DNA of 61,825 bases, filler included, from Sphacelaria rigidula (GCA_964200075.2; 4 parts of 4 records of this genome joined end to end with filler, not necessarily neighbours in it); one strand, 5' to 3'. Shown: positions 24,233 to 36,676, counted from the first letter of the whole stretch. Made by a program: numbers and translations. Notes: generated by a model not told the origin, from the letters alone.

Positions 24233-25520
24233 GGGGAACGAGCGCGCAGCGATTATCGTAAGGAGGCGTCCACGCGATTCATGCTGGACTCAGTGTGCAG
24301 ATCCCGCCGCACCCACGTCGGGAGATGACTGCTTGGGCGAACGCCAACGCTAGGGGTCCAGTTCGCGGATTCGTGCTACATTTTGTGTGGGTGTACACTT
24401 GCGTTTGCGACCGTTCGACCGAACGCTTCATCATTTCGATGTGCGCTGACGATATCAATGGGTTACGGTGGCAACGAAGCACGTGGGCAAAACACGCTGA
24501 CGATGAACGTCCGTGAAAGCTCTTGATCCGAGGGCAAACTCCACGGCTTTGAGTACTTGAGTCCTGCACGTGAGACATGAATTCCTTCCCCAGCACCCTC
24601 AGTTTTAGTTCAAGTCTTTTTGATAAAAACGCAACACTCACACCGTGCATGCCTTCATCACCAACGAAATAGAGCGGGTGTCCGCGTGAGGGAACGGGCC
24701 CTGTGAGCCAAGGACACGCACGTTGATGGTTTGCACGATATAACACCGAGTACAGTAAAAGCTTCGGGCAGAACACGCTTTGTGTTCTCGTTGGTGGTGC
24801 AGTGTGTCGAGGTGAGCTTGAACCTCGGCAGAGTCACTTTGTTTCCCGTCGGGTGATGTCGTGTATCAACCACATGACAAAACCATGAGAGATGGTTTAC
24901 TCCGGCGGGGACGCTGTGTGCTTGAAGTTCTTCAAGGTGGAATAAAACTTGGCTGAGCAGATACGCACTGAAATGCTGCCCGCGCGTCCCCGCGGAAAAA
25001 GCGGAAAGTTCCTAATGCTAGGGGCCAATGCGCGGATTCGTTGCGCATTACTGCCCATGCCCTCGCTGAATCGCTCGCTTCATCATTTCGATGTGCGCTG
25101 ACTATACCAATGGGTATCGACGGCGATGAAACGCGAGGACAAAAGACGCTGACGATAAACACCAGTGAATATTCTCGATCCGAAGGCAAGCTCTATTAGT
25201 TATACTACTTGAGTCCTGCACTCGAGACATGAACCCCTTCCCCCGCGCCCCCTCTTCTCAGCCTCCGCATCAACAGAAAAACACCAACTACTACAAAACA
25301 CGAGAGCTTGGCTGTTAATAACGCGTCAGGCGCTACCCGCTAAAAAAGGGACGTTGTATACATGTAAGATATTTACCTCTGACGAGCGTTCAGCATTTTT
25401 CGTAAGGAGTCGTCCACGAGATTCATGCGGGATTTAGTGTGGGAGTTCCGCCGCACCCGCCCCGGGAGGTGATTGTTCGGTCGAACGCCCGCGCAAGGGG
25501 ACCAACACGCGTGTTTCGTT
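24233..25520 (+). repeat. Diverged direct repeats (three partial copies of a ~370-bp unit)
   Basis: 24238-24375 resembles 25382-25520; 24350-24595 resembles 25015-25245 (CGCTTCATCATTTCGATGTGCGCTGAC, GAGTCCTGCAC..GAGACATGAA). Confidence 0.7.
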
Positions 25521-25619
25521 TACATATTTCATCTCAAATAACAAACAACAAACAACAAACAACAGGGCCGGCCTTATCTGCTTATTTTCAGGGCGTAGGA
25601 CGGCGCACGAACGAACACG

Positions 25620-25965
25620 TTCTCGCACACAAGGAACGTAAAAGCGCAGTCTAGTGCAACTGTATACGGCGCTTATTGCTGATGGTCGCACCGACAACCT
25701 CTCGCACAGGCGAAAGAACGTGAAACGATGTCTAGTGCAGTTCAGCGCTGAATACCGAGGTGGTGTCGTCGATTCCAGGCGCGAACGTTTCCGCAGCAAA
25801 TGATTGCTTCGCGTAAATAGTCTATGCTGTAGTACAGACAGTGCATAACTAAATGAAGAGCAGACAGTTCACGGCGCTGATTGCCGGTGGGTGGGTGCAC
25901 CGACAGCTTCTCGCACACGAGGAGGAACGCGAAGCTAGGTCTAGTGCAATACTGAGCTGAATGCT
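25620..25965 (+). repeat. Degenerate tandem repeat (TCTCGCACA..GTCTAGTGCA), three copies
   Basis: Motif pair recurs at ~25621, ~25700 and ~25909. Confidence 0.6.
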
Positions 25966-27849
25966 GACGTTGTGTTGTCGTATTCTGGGGTTGAAAGTTT
26001 CTGACGCAGATGATTGCCGGTGCAAGCCATACATATAAATAGTACCGACAGAGCCGCATGCAGCGAGAGCAGGTCATGGACTGAATCGGCACCAGTTTCA
26101 CATTCAAAATACATGCATGACCGAGATGGGCTACCCCCGCGGTGTGATGGTCAAGTACAGACAGTACAGTAACAACAGTAGTATACATTCAGTCAAGACG
26201 GCTGTCGAGACTACCGTTGTGATCTTCGAACGTGATGAGCGAATCCCACCATATATGACTCGGCATGTGGCCTCGTCTTCTCTGACTTTGGAAGTTGGAG
26301 GCTTCACCCTCTCGGTATATTACGGGGCATATGCCTCTCGGACAGTCGTCCTGTACCGTGAGGTTTTCCTCGGAGGCCGTTTGTGTATAACAAACGTTCT
26401 ACTTGCTTGCCGAGGCCAAATCGCTGTTTTTACAGTACAGTCTAAGACAAGGTCGAGGACGGCTGCTGCCCGGGCACCCAACACTCCGGTATTTTTCATC
26501 TTCACTATTAAGTATCCATCATACCCGCCAACGCAATTTATAGTGGATGAGTGTATAATGCCCGCACCCGCCCGCACCCAAGCTTCCCATACTGTATATA
26601 TGTTGGAGTTTATAATAGTAGATCCAGAGTTTAGCATCTATACAAAGTTGTATTTGGCGCCACGAATCGAAGAACATGTGTTTGTACTCTGTTGTTGGAA
26701 GATAAACTTGCAAGAGTGCATGACGTCGGTAGGGGTTCGAACCCTGTGTCGGCTACTTTTTTGCTCTTAGTGCATCAGTAGAACACTGTTTCTTCACACC
26801 GGGAGTATGTAGTGTATTTATTCCATGGGTGAAAGATGACATTATAGACGTTCAAGACGTTGGTTTGGGTTCGGACCCCGTATCGGCTACTTTTTTTTCC
26901 TCGTAGTCCGTGAGTGGAAGACTGTTGCTTCGCACCGGGAGTCGAGTTCGAGTCCTGGGTCGGGTATTTTTTTTCCTGCTAGTGGTGCCGCATAAGTACA
27001 CAGTTATTCTAAACCGGGAGTCGATTTTGTCTTCCACAGCAATCTTCGCACGTTCTCTCATCATTCATACCCGCGGTCCTATTCCTCGTCTCGCAATTTT
27101 TGTTCCCATCATCATATTATCCCTTCCCGCTTCCATCAACCAGCATCGTCTTGCCTGTAAACAAACACAATAACCTTCAAGACATCAGTGCGAGCGGAGA
27201 GAATGCTAGGACATATCGACCGTCGCCCTCTTTCTCGGTCGCGCTGCAATAGTTTTCCTGTGCACTTTTCCTCATCGTTCCACCCGCAGTCCGTCTTATT
27301 TCTTCCGTATTCAACATGGAATTGTGCCTGAGAATCATTCCTCACGAGAGCATCGCAAGGAAAGAATACCGCGAACGGCTCATTTACATATATACTATAT
27401 ATATATAAATCACGGCTTATTTTCGCAATATTGCTTTTTCCGCGATATTGCTACTATGCTCACATCATGTGATAAGTCACGATTTGTGATAACTGTAGCC
27501 TCTGCCAGACGATCTGGACAAAAGGACTTCCAACGAGGGACTCTTCCAGTATCACTGGCCTCGTGCTCGACAAGTCCTTTCTTCTCACTTGTTATCATCT
27601 CGGAGTGATCCTCGACAGACCACGGGCCAGACAGCAAGGGACCACACAGAAAAGGGCCATCAATCCAGGATCCCCTGTCCCCTGCCACTGCTCCAATCAT
27701 GCATGCGATTATACTGAAACCCTGCCGCTTGGTATCATTTCGATACCGCACCCTCAAAGCGAGTTCAAGACAAACGAACGAGCGTGACAACCAACAAAAA
27801 ACAAGGCGAAATCGCATGCGCCAGATCACAAAGAAATACCCTACTCCGG

Positions 27850-28822
27850 CGCTAATTTACTTGTCAGCGCCCGAGTCAACCGCAATCTACTCAGTTCCTC
27901 CAAAAGAAACTCAGGCGCAGAACAATGAATCTTGCGAAGAGACTCCCACGTACGTTCTTCAGCACCGAACCCCAATCGAACCAAACAATGAAATCACCAC
28001 TGTCATCCTCAGCGGCGTGCACCAAAGTTTTCAACCGACATTCCCCTTGAGCATACGAATGCTGAAATACATCTTTCGGTTCCGCAGTGATGCGCAACTG
28101 CAAGTCAGCATAGAAACGCAAACGAGCGACATGGGCCGATTGTACGGCGCCAGAGACAATGTTCTGCGCCGAATACACGTGAGCGTGATCGGCTCCGACC
28201 ACTGGAAGTTCATTGAGGCACATGACCGGCGCGACTCTGCGGCAAGTGCAGGGGGTGTGCGCCGCAAACAACAGCAGCAACAGAATGAATAGGCGTGGTA
28301 GGAACCTTCACCCAGCGAGACGACAAATCTCCCCAACAATTGTGATCTCCAGGAATGTGCTTGTTCAATGGCATGCTGATATTGGCCGAGCACTCCTTTC
28401 CATTTTTCAAGCCGTTGCGCCATGGCCTTCGTCACCGATGTGGCACTCTTCGGGTTTAAAAATGTATTTCAGATTGCGATGATCGGTGAAAATGCAAACA
28501 CCCCAAAGCAAGTACTCTAGCCTTCGAAGTGTATTGGCTATCGCGAAACCTTCTTTGTCCACTGTTGCCCACCGCAACTGTGAACCCTTGAAGCTATCAC
28601 TCGGAAAAGCCAACGGTTCGTGTGACATGTTTCCGAGCGCAATGTCACTACTAAACTCGGCGACAGGCACTTGCGTTAAAAAACTACCCCAGTGGAAATC
28701 GGAAGCATCTGGGAACATCAGAACAACGCACCCTGGACGAAGATGATACAGCGGCCCGCTTGCGCCACCAAATCTTGCGCAGCATGCCATGCCCGCACAT
28801 GATCCTCTGTCCAAGCGTCCTC
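27850..28822 (-). pseudogene. Ty3/gypsy pol relic: RNase H joined by deletion to integrase C-terminus/chromodomain-like region
   Basis: LMFPDASDFHWGSFLTQV..WATVDKEGFAI..IFTDHRNLKYIF..HIPGDHNCWGDLSSRW, then VYSAQNIVSGAVQSAHVARLRFYAD..GDFIVWFDW. Confidence 0.85.
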
Positions 28823-29292
28823 GCCATGCCCGCACATATGGCGGAAGTAGTTACGCCGCTTCGTGTGTTTTTGGAACAACTTATGGTCGGGGCTTCGCGT
28901 CGGACCAAGCGGGTGGCGCGTAATCGTATCATCCCGGAGGACGATTGGACAGAGGATCATGTGCGGGCATGGCGTGCTGCGCAAGATTTGGTGGCGCAAG
29001 CGGTGCCGCTGTATCATTTTCATCCAGGGTGCGTTGTTCTGATGTTTCCAGATGCTTCCGATTTCCACTGGGGTAGTTTTTTAACGCAAGTGCCTGTCGC
29101 TGAGTTTAGTAGTGACATTGCGCTCGAAAACATGTCACACAACCCGTTGGGATTTCCGAGTGGTAGCTTCAAGGGTTCACAGTTGCGGTGGGCGACAGTG
29201 GACAAAAAGGGTTTCGCAAAAGGCAATACATTTCGAAGGCTAACGTACTTGCTCAGGGGTGGTGTTCGCATTTTCACCGTCCCGATCATTGC
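28823..29292 (+). pseudogene. Inverted duplicate of the gypsy RT-connection/RNase H segment
   Basis: ORF 28760-29332 repeats FPDASDFHWGSFLTQVPVAEF..WATVDK on the opposite strand; 28937-29292 is the reverse complement of 28476-28822. Confidence 0.9.
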
Positions 29293-30299
29293 CGGCTATC
29301 TCACATTAAACCCGTCGACGAGCCACGATTAAACTTGCCAAAATGCGTTACTTATCTTACTCGACGTAACCTCTGCAGGATGCACTCTCCACGCGCCCAT
29401 AATTCGCCGCCGATACTCCCATCAAGATTTCCCGGGAAAATCCAATCGAATTCATCTCCACATACGCCACCCTAGCATACCCTACACTCACAATAAATTA
29501 CGGTACGCTACCTTACCGTACCTCACGACCACAGCATCCACCCTCTAAATCCCAATAGTTGCCCGGCTATCTCACATCACACCCATCCATGATCCACGAT
29601 TAAACTTGCCCTTTTCCGCAAATAGTCTTACCGCACGTAACCTCTGCCGTTGCCGCTGGCATCGGCGCCAGCGCTCGCGGCCACGGAAGGACACAAGTAG
29701 CCATACAAAAGTTGGGATATGTCGATGCACGACCCCCTGCGGCGGCAATGTACCACGCGCTGTTTGCTTGTCTGCTTGCAGCTTTGTTTCTCTGCTGCTG
29801 CTCTATCCGTCCCAGCGCTACAGTTCACTCCTGTACTGTAGTACGTACACTGCAGGTGTGACTCGAGTCTGCGAGCCAATCACAAGCATTTTTCACTACA
29901 TAGTTCACCACGAAGGTCGCATTTTATCGGCGCTAGATTACGCCCATTCCTCACTGAAAGGCCTCTGATTGGTTGAATTCCACATTCCACAGCAAATATC
30001 TACCCCCATGTATGGGCGTTGTGCCGAGAAACACGTTGCTACTCCGATGGTATCATCATCGACACGCAAGTACACCGCGTTCATTTGGTGTATCTAGGCA
30101 CACCTGCTCGACTGCTACGGTTTTTTTTTTTGCCAAGGTGCTTTAGCCTGGCAGTACTGTCTGGCACAAAACCTGCATTTTAGTTATGTCACTTGAAACT
30201 CATTTTTTTGTGCAACCCCATTTTCGAGGATCCTCTCTTCAGAGCTATATTCGTGACTTTGTATTTTATCACAAGCATGGCATATGATATGATATGTAT

Positions 30300-30503
30300 C
30301 CTGGTCTCGCGGATTGGTTCACCATTTCTGCACCGCCTCTACTTTCCTAAAATAAAGTCAGTCGACTGATTTCTGTTGATTCGTGTATACCCACGCTCTC
30401 GACCGCGGAAAAATCAAATATTTCGAAGAAAAAACCCAACGCATCGGGAATCGAACCCACGTTCTCTCCACCGTGATGGAAACAGTCAGACCATTAGATC
30501 ACC
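30300..30503 (-). mobile_element. tRNA-derived SINE (family A), head abutting a LINE fragment
   Basis: Minus strand GGTGATCTAATGG..GGTGGAGAG..GGGTTCGATTCCCGATGCGTTGGGTTTTTTCTTCG is closely similar to 20281-20360. Confidence 0.7.
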
Positions 30504-30865
30504 ATGATCAAAGCCGAGGCTGTCGAAGCACTCCTGTACGCGTGCGTCACATGGACCCCTCTCAGCGGTCACTATAGTACACTGCGCACGGCCCACCATG
30601 CGTTGCTCACGCGCTGTCTTGGATGGCACAAGCGCTATCGCACAGGCCACGTTCTGTCATACCGAGAGACCCTCGCGAGGACAGGGTGCGAAAGCATCGA
30701 GACGACGGTGAGGAAGAGGAGACTCCATTTTGCCGGTTTCGTCACGCGCATGTCACCCGGACGGATACCGAAACACGTCATGTTCGGTGAAATTATAGCC
30801 GTGAAGGGGCAAAAAAGAGAGTTTAACGGCAGGCACAAGGACTGGATCCGCTGCCTAGCGGAAGA
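30504..30865 (+). mobile_element. 5'-truncated LINE fragment (RTE-like C-terminus), cut by contig end
   Basis: KAEAVEALLYACVTW..ESIETTVRKRRLHFAGFVTRM..RIPKHVMFGE..KDWIRCL matches the post-RT region of RTE-type LINEs. Confidence 0.85.
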
Positions 30866-30965
30866 NNNNNNNNNNNNNNNNNNNNNNNNNNNNNNNNNNN
30901 NNNNNNNNNTTAATTAATTAANNNNNNNNNNNNNNNNNNNNNNNNNNNNNNNNNNNNNNNNNNNN
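30866..30965. other. Artificial contig linker
   Basis: N44-TTAATTAATTAA-N44. Confidence 0.98.
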
Positions 30966-30985
30966 GGGGAACGAGGGGTACTCAT

Positions 30986-31135
30986 GATCTTGCATACCGT
31001 AGTCATATGATGATTGACCTCGCATCAATACAAAGCCGGGACGTAGTAACGCGTTGGGTTTTCACCGGACCAGGCTCGCAAACAACGAAAACGCGAAGCG
31101 CCGTGACGTGTTCGGCGAGTCGCATACAGGGTGAG
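30986..31135 (+). repeat. Interspersed repeat, also at 52535-52680
   Basis: Shared GATCTTGCAT..TACAAAGCCGGGACG..GGGTTTTCACCGGA..GGCTCGCAA..GTGTTCGGCGAGTCGC. Confidence 0.7.
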
Positions 31136-31627
31136 CTGTCATTGTGCTTGTCACGTGCTACACACCGCCTAGTGTAATTAATCAATATAGAAACGATGCT
31201 GGCAATTTGCATGTGAGCTCCAAGGGGAAGGAGAACAACAAATCCTGGGGGTTATTATTTGTGTCCGCACATTAGTCCGATCTCTCGAACCTGTGGTCAT
31301 TTATAGGGGGCAAATCTTGCGAATTTCAACTATGGTCGGAATGCGGAGAAGATTATTTCTGATTCACAAAGCCTGAGCATGAAGGAGTTCATCAAATGGG
31401 TTTGGTTGGCTTCATTCTTCCACCATTTTTTGAAGGGAGATTTTGATTTGCGTGCGAGTTTTCTTGGTGCTCACGCAGCGGGACTCATGGCGGCGACCGG
31501 ATAGGGTAGGAGGTTCTGATTCTATGGAGCGGAGAGAGCAGTGTGCGTGCTGCTTTTGCATGGCCATACCCAGGATCATGCACGACTCTTCCGCCCTTCA
31601 AGTGTCTTCAGACGACTAAATAACAAT

Positions 31628-31917
31628 GTTTTCGTGAGATTGAGAGTAGAGGATACGATTGAGAGTGAAAAGCGGTCGAGCAATGAATGAATCGTTCCAG
31701 TTCCGAAGTGCCCCTCCCCGAGGCCCGATAAGATTTCGGTAGTAGCTCGTCACTGAGGCCCCTTGATATCCCCGAGTAGGATATCGATGTGTAGCTGTAA
31801 GCGCACGACAGTGCTAACAAGCAAAGAAAAGCACACACTGAATGAAAATTGGCTAAGTTAAAGCGAATCTTCAAAAGCCACTCTCAATCAGCGTTCTGCT
31901 CTCAATCTCACAAAAAC
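31628..31917 (-). mobile_element. ~290-bp MITE, family with GTTTTCGTGAGAT TIR (copy 1)
   Basis: TIRs GTTTTCGTGAGATTGAGAG / CTCTCAATCTCACAAAAAC; reverse complement of 35670-35958. Confidence 0.75.
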
Positions 31918-32510
31918 GATGTTGATTGTTGTAGTTGCCCAGCGTATTTATTGGGTAGTTGTCCACAGATGAATACTTGCAAAGGTTTTTCATTCGATAT
32001 TCATCTACCTGCCACTATTAATAGTTGCCCAATTTTTCCCTCCAGTAGTCGTCTACAGGCAACTAGTCGCACAGAAATACTCCTGGTCGACTTCGGAGAG
32101 TTTCCGATTGATCTATTAAGCTGCACTTGCTTCCCGACGTGGCACGGTCCGTCATGTTTCAGCATACACCGGCCTACGGTAGGCTGGCCCACCTCAAATG
32201 AAATATAAATACTCAGGGTTTCCTTTAGTTGGGTGGTTTCTCACACTTGGTCGTGGCACAGATCGAAAGGTAGACTTTCAGGTTTTCAGTCGAAAAAAAT
32301 AGTTGCTTACGAGCTACTACTTGCCCAATGAACACCTCTATCCATTAGTGGCTGTTTACTATTGAAGCGCTTTCTCGTCGAATACTTGCCTATTTGCAAC
32401 TAGTTCCCTAGTCTCCTCGTCTGGTGGGGAGATGTTCAAGGATGTGTTGAGTAGGGTACTTCCGACGTTGGGGTATTTTGATAAATCGTACTGTACGAAC
32501 TCATGTTTTG

Positions 32511-33890
32511 CAGGGGTCTAGACGTTACACGTTACACGTTACACGTTACACATTTCACGTTACGATCACGTTTGTACAATTTCACGTTCACGTTCCGTTT
32601 CGTTTGGCACGTTAAAAAAATTAACGTTACGTGGACGTTTCATTTTAAAATGTAACGTTACGTTATCACGTGAAAAAATGTAACGTTACGTTTCGGTACA
32701 TGTAATGTAATATGGAACGTTTCATGGAACGTGTAACGCCCAATATAACGTTTCGTTGACACATTCGAATGTAACGTTTCACTCTGTGCATGTCGCGGCT
32801 GATTCACCAGTGTTTAAGGCGTTGTAACAAGTCGTGTAACGCGTGACGTTACCGTGTACGTGACGCTGGCGGTGGCCTGTCGTATGTTTGAGCGTAGGCA
32901 TATTATCTGATTTGAAACGTTACTTTCTCTACAGTGTATCGTTCATTCGTTCTTGACTGTAACATTTTCATAACTATTCTTTTTTTTTCACCTTCTTGCT
33001 TTCAATTTTTAATTTTCAAATCCTTGGTCATTTGCACGACAGCGCGTACTATACACACAACAGATCGTGAACAACATGGTTGAACGCCGGCTTGAGTCGT
33101 TCCGGCATTTCGCAGACAAAATTATATCGGGTACCCTTGGTCCTCTACATGTTCACTTGTATACATGGACTCAATACATAAGATAGTTAATCACGGCCGC
33201 CAAAGGCAGGCGTACGTATGTATGCATGCATGTATGACAGGTTTACACCGCGGTCCAGGCAATCAATGCATTCATCTAGCGGAAGAAATATATCCCCCCA
33301 TGTGGCTGATCTTGCGCCGTACTTGCCTTTCATTTTTATCGCGAGAGGGGTACAGCAGTCCCTTTCCCTCGTCGACCGTGAAGTCGAATAATTGTACCCA
33401 CGACATAGTCGCTCTCCACTGTTGGGCAGTGTGTAAGGTGAAATCCCAGATCCCTCCGAAATTTGTACCCACCACCCAACCGTCAGAAGGTTTCGAGGTT
33501 ACCAACTGAGCCACCGGGGCGACCGGCTGTCAGCAAAATACACAGTCTGTACTTGTACCGTTGTATAGTAGTTACTTTGTCCTCTAGGATTTCAAAATTC
33601 ATTGCAAACTTGAAATGTGCAACGCTTCGTGTAACGTGTAACGCCTGATGCACGTGTAACGTGTGACAGACGTTACACGTTCCATGAATCGTTTCATATC
33701 ATGTGTTTTGAAGGTTTGGGCAATTTAACGTTGACGTTACATCGCGTTTGGCACATAAAAAAAAATAACGTTACCTCAACGTTTCATTCGAAAATTTGAC
33801 GTTACGTTCATCACGTGCAAAAAAATAACGTTCACGTTACGTTTCGGCCAAAACGTAAATGCTGTGGCTCGTGTAACGTGTAGACCCCTG
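32511..33890. mobile_element. Non-autonomous TIR element with CAGGGGTC termini and ACGT-rich subterminal arrays (hAT-like)
   Basis: CAGGGGTCTAGACGTTACAC ... GTGTAACGTGTAGACCCCTG, with ~250 bp of ACGTTAC/GTAACGT repeats at both ends. No clean TSD seen. Confidence 0.7.
33300..33527 (-). mobile_element. tRNA-derived SINE (family B)
   Basis: Head GCCGGTCGCCCCGGTGGCTCAGTTGG (A-box) on minus; second copy at 57170-57390. Confidence 0.75.
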
Positions 33891-34476
33891 AAAACTTGGG
33901 TAGAGGTTTGAGATTGGACCATCGCAACACAGAATTTCGGGAGAGAGAATACCTGGGTATTTACCCCACCCGCCACACTCTTGGAGATGTCTGAAGGCGA
34001 CTAGTCGCACATATTTCCCTGTCAGTAGTCGTCTACAACCGACTGGTTGCACACGTTCCCCATCCAGTAGCTGTCTACACGCGAATACTTGCAGAGGGTT
34101 TTCATTCAGCAGTCGTCTACAGGCAACTACTTGCCCAATGTTTTTCTTCAGCAATTGTCCGCAAATGACTGCAGGCTGGCTCACGCTTGTCAACCTAAAA
34201 ACACTCATCCGCAACACTACACGCCGTTTTAAGGAATTAGACCCTGAGTTTTTGCACAATTTTGCTATGATTCGCACTGCAACTTTTGCCGGTGGAGCTT
34301 TTTTTTCTTTCATATTTTTTGCTTTCTCGCCATTTTTCGGGGGCCCAGGGTTTTGGGGGAAACTTGGATCCCGTCGGACCCCCTAAAAACGGTAAAACAA
34401 GTAAGAAGGGAAACAACCTCGTCCATCGAAGAAGCCTGATGATCCATAGCACAGTTGAGCAAAGTTTCAGGGTCTG

Positions 34477-34960
34477 AGGCCAGATGTTATGGCACACAGT
34501 CTTTTGGCCCACGGATTGTTCCCTTTTATGGCGTTTGGATCACTTTTTGGCTCCTAAACAGGGAAAATCGCCAACACACGTCTTGGACACTTTGCATCAC
34601 CCCACAGAGAGGAGCCTAGCTCACTTTTCAGATTCGCTTGGCTCCAAGGTTTCGAGATTGGCCGCTGAACAATAATCCATGTGCAAAAAAATCTACGGCG
34701 ATCTCCACAGATTATTGGGGAAACTGGCGTGGGTCGGCAAGCACGGATTTTTGCGCATGAATTTTTGTTCAGCGGCCAATCTCGAAACCTCGGAGCCAAG
34801 CGAATCTGAAAAGCGGACTAGGCTCCTCTCTGTGGGGCGATGCAAAGTGTCCGAGACGTGTGTTGGCGGTTTTCCCTGTTTGGGGGTCAAGAGGTGGGTC
34901 AAGCGTCCCGAAAGTGAACAATCCATGGGCCAAAAAATTGTTTGCCATAACATCCGGCCT
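34477..34960. mobile_element. Fold-back element with ~215-bp arms and ~55-bp loop
   Basis: AGGCCAGATGTTATGGCA ... TGCCATAACATCCGGCCT; mirrored ORFs 34484-34675(+) and 34693-34953(-). Confidence 0.85.
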
Positions 34961-35412
34961 TATAATAACAGACAAAATAAAAATCTGGAAAAGTACCTTT
35001 TTGGAGATTCTACGTCGTTTTACGCCATAAAAGAAGAAAGCTAGGCGGAGTTTGACACCTTGGAATGACTTGCTCTACTAGTTCTTTGGTGGCCGTAGTC
35101 TTCCCGTTCTTCGGTGGCCGTAGTCTTTATTATGGCTAAATAATAATTTTTGTTCAAGAACGGTAAAAAGCAGTCAAATCTAGAAAAAAACGCAATTTTT
35201 CTCTGGACTTGACCGTTCTTGGACAAAAGTTCCTGCTTGACAAAATAGAAAGTGCGCCCACCGGAAAAGGGGGGTGTTCTGGAACCGTCTCAACTAGTAG
35301 AGCAAGTCATTCCAAGGTGTCAAACTCCGCCTCGCTCTCTTGAAGGACGTGAAACGACGTAAAATCTCCAAAAATGCACTTTTTCAGATTTTTATTCTTA
35401 TCTGTTGTAAGG
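34958..35412. mobile_element. MITE with ~120-bp TIRs
   Basis: AGGCGGAGTTTGACACCTTGGAATGACTTGCTCTACTAGTT (35043-35083) is inverted exactly at ~35293-35333; outer arm parts match imperfectly. Confidence 0.75.
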
Positions 35413-35669
35413 AGCGGCCTGAGGGTGTGTTTCGATCGGGAAAAAAAAGTGCAGTGGGAGTGATTTGAGCAAATTTTCAAGCTTCCGATGCAACAAAGAA
35501 CAGTGAAATTAGTGAAGCAATGTCGTACCTGTTCCCTTGTCTACAGTACAGACACCGTACTCTTTGCCTACAGTGCGTCTGGGTGTGTGTGTGTGCGTGT
35601 TCCGTGCCGTGGGATGTGAAGAATGAAGCCAGCAGGGTGCACTATAGTATAGACAACACAGGAAACAAC

Positions 35670-35958
35670 GTTTTCGTGAGATGGAGAGGAGAGCGCTGAT
35701 TGGAAGTGGCTTTGATCATTTGCTTTGAATTAGCTATTTCATCACTCCGTGTGTATTTTCTTTGCATTCATCACTGGCGCGTGCTTACAGCTATCTACAC
35801 GTCGATATCCTACTCATGGGGATGTCAAGGGCCACAACAGTGGCAAGCTACTACAGAAAGCACAGGGGGCCTCGTGGAGGGGCATTTCGGAACTGAAACG
35901 ATTCATTCACTAATTGACCACTCCCAATCGTATCCTCTACTCTCGATCTCACGAAAAC
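35670..35958 (+). mobile_element. ~290-bp MITE, GTTTTCGTGAGAT family (copy 2)
   Basis: TIRs GTTTTCGTGAGAT / ATCTCACGAAAAC. Confidence 0.8.
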
Positions 35959-36489
35959 ATGGTCAGGACTGTTTGCACTCTTTGCATATAATGCGACGTG
36001 AAAAGGACTCGAACAACGTGCACTTTGTTCTGCCTGTACTCTCCGTGAGCGTGCACGCGAGTCGGTCGCCCACCCCATCAAGCAGTTCCGTCGCTGGTCC
36101 CTTCACCATGAGAGAATATGCTCAAGTTTTCGCCGGCAAAAAAGAAACATATCATGCCAAGAGGGTGGGGGTGGTGGTGTCGGTCCCCAACCACTGTACT
36201 GCAGTGTGTGTACCCTGTGCTTAACTAGTGATCTATGCTGCAGGCTTGAATCGTTTGCTGAAGGAAATTGTTCGAGGTTTGCATGGATATATGAAGGAGT
36301 GGTATTTTGGAGTGGTGGTTTGCACGACAGGAGTCAAGTGCCCCTTCTTCGTGCTCTGCCGCCGCATGCTTTCGATCGTGATTGATACGCATTTCTGTTT
36401 TCCACCCTGCCGGTGGCGTGCGAATAATCATACAGGAGGACTTGAAACCATCTGAAATCACAAATGACGTAGACGCATCGGATACAACA

Positions 36490-36676
36490 AATTCATTTCT
36501 GCCGCATGTTTCCAATCGAAGAAGTTGATAACAACACGGCCTAAGACACGGCGTAATAGACGAAAAAGCGCAATTGTCACGAGGATAATGCGGCATAGTC
36601 TTGCGGAACCGGAATGCCATGGCTGGACCCCTGGGGGGTCAGTTGAAGTGCGACAATCGATCAATCAATCAATCAG
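36490..36676 (+). repeat. Interspersed repeat ending in TGAAGTGCGACAA(TCAA)n, a retroposon-like 3' end
   Basis: Same tail at 47818-47860 (minus) and, with (ATAA)n, at 20557-20590. Confidence 0.55.

Noticed and set aside
26117..26770. 217-aa ORF as a gene
   Set aside because: No recognisable motif or exon signals, and it runs into tRNA-like repeats.
28476..29292. Palindromes as whole-genome-amplification chimeras
   Set aside because: Arms here and at 52881-53218 differ at many positions, whereas fresh chimeras would be nearly identical. Not fully excluded without reads.
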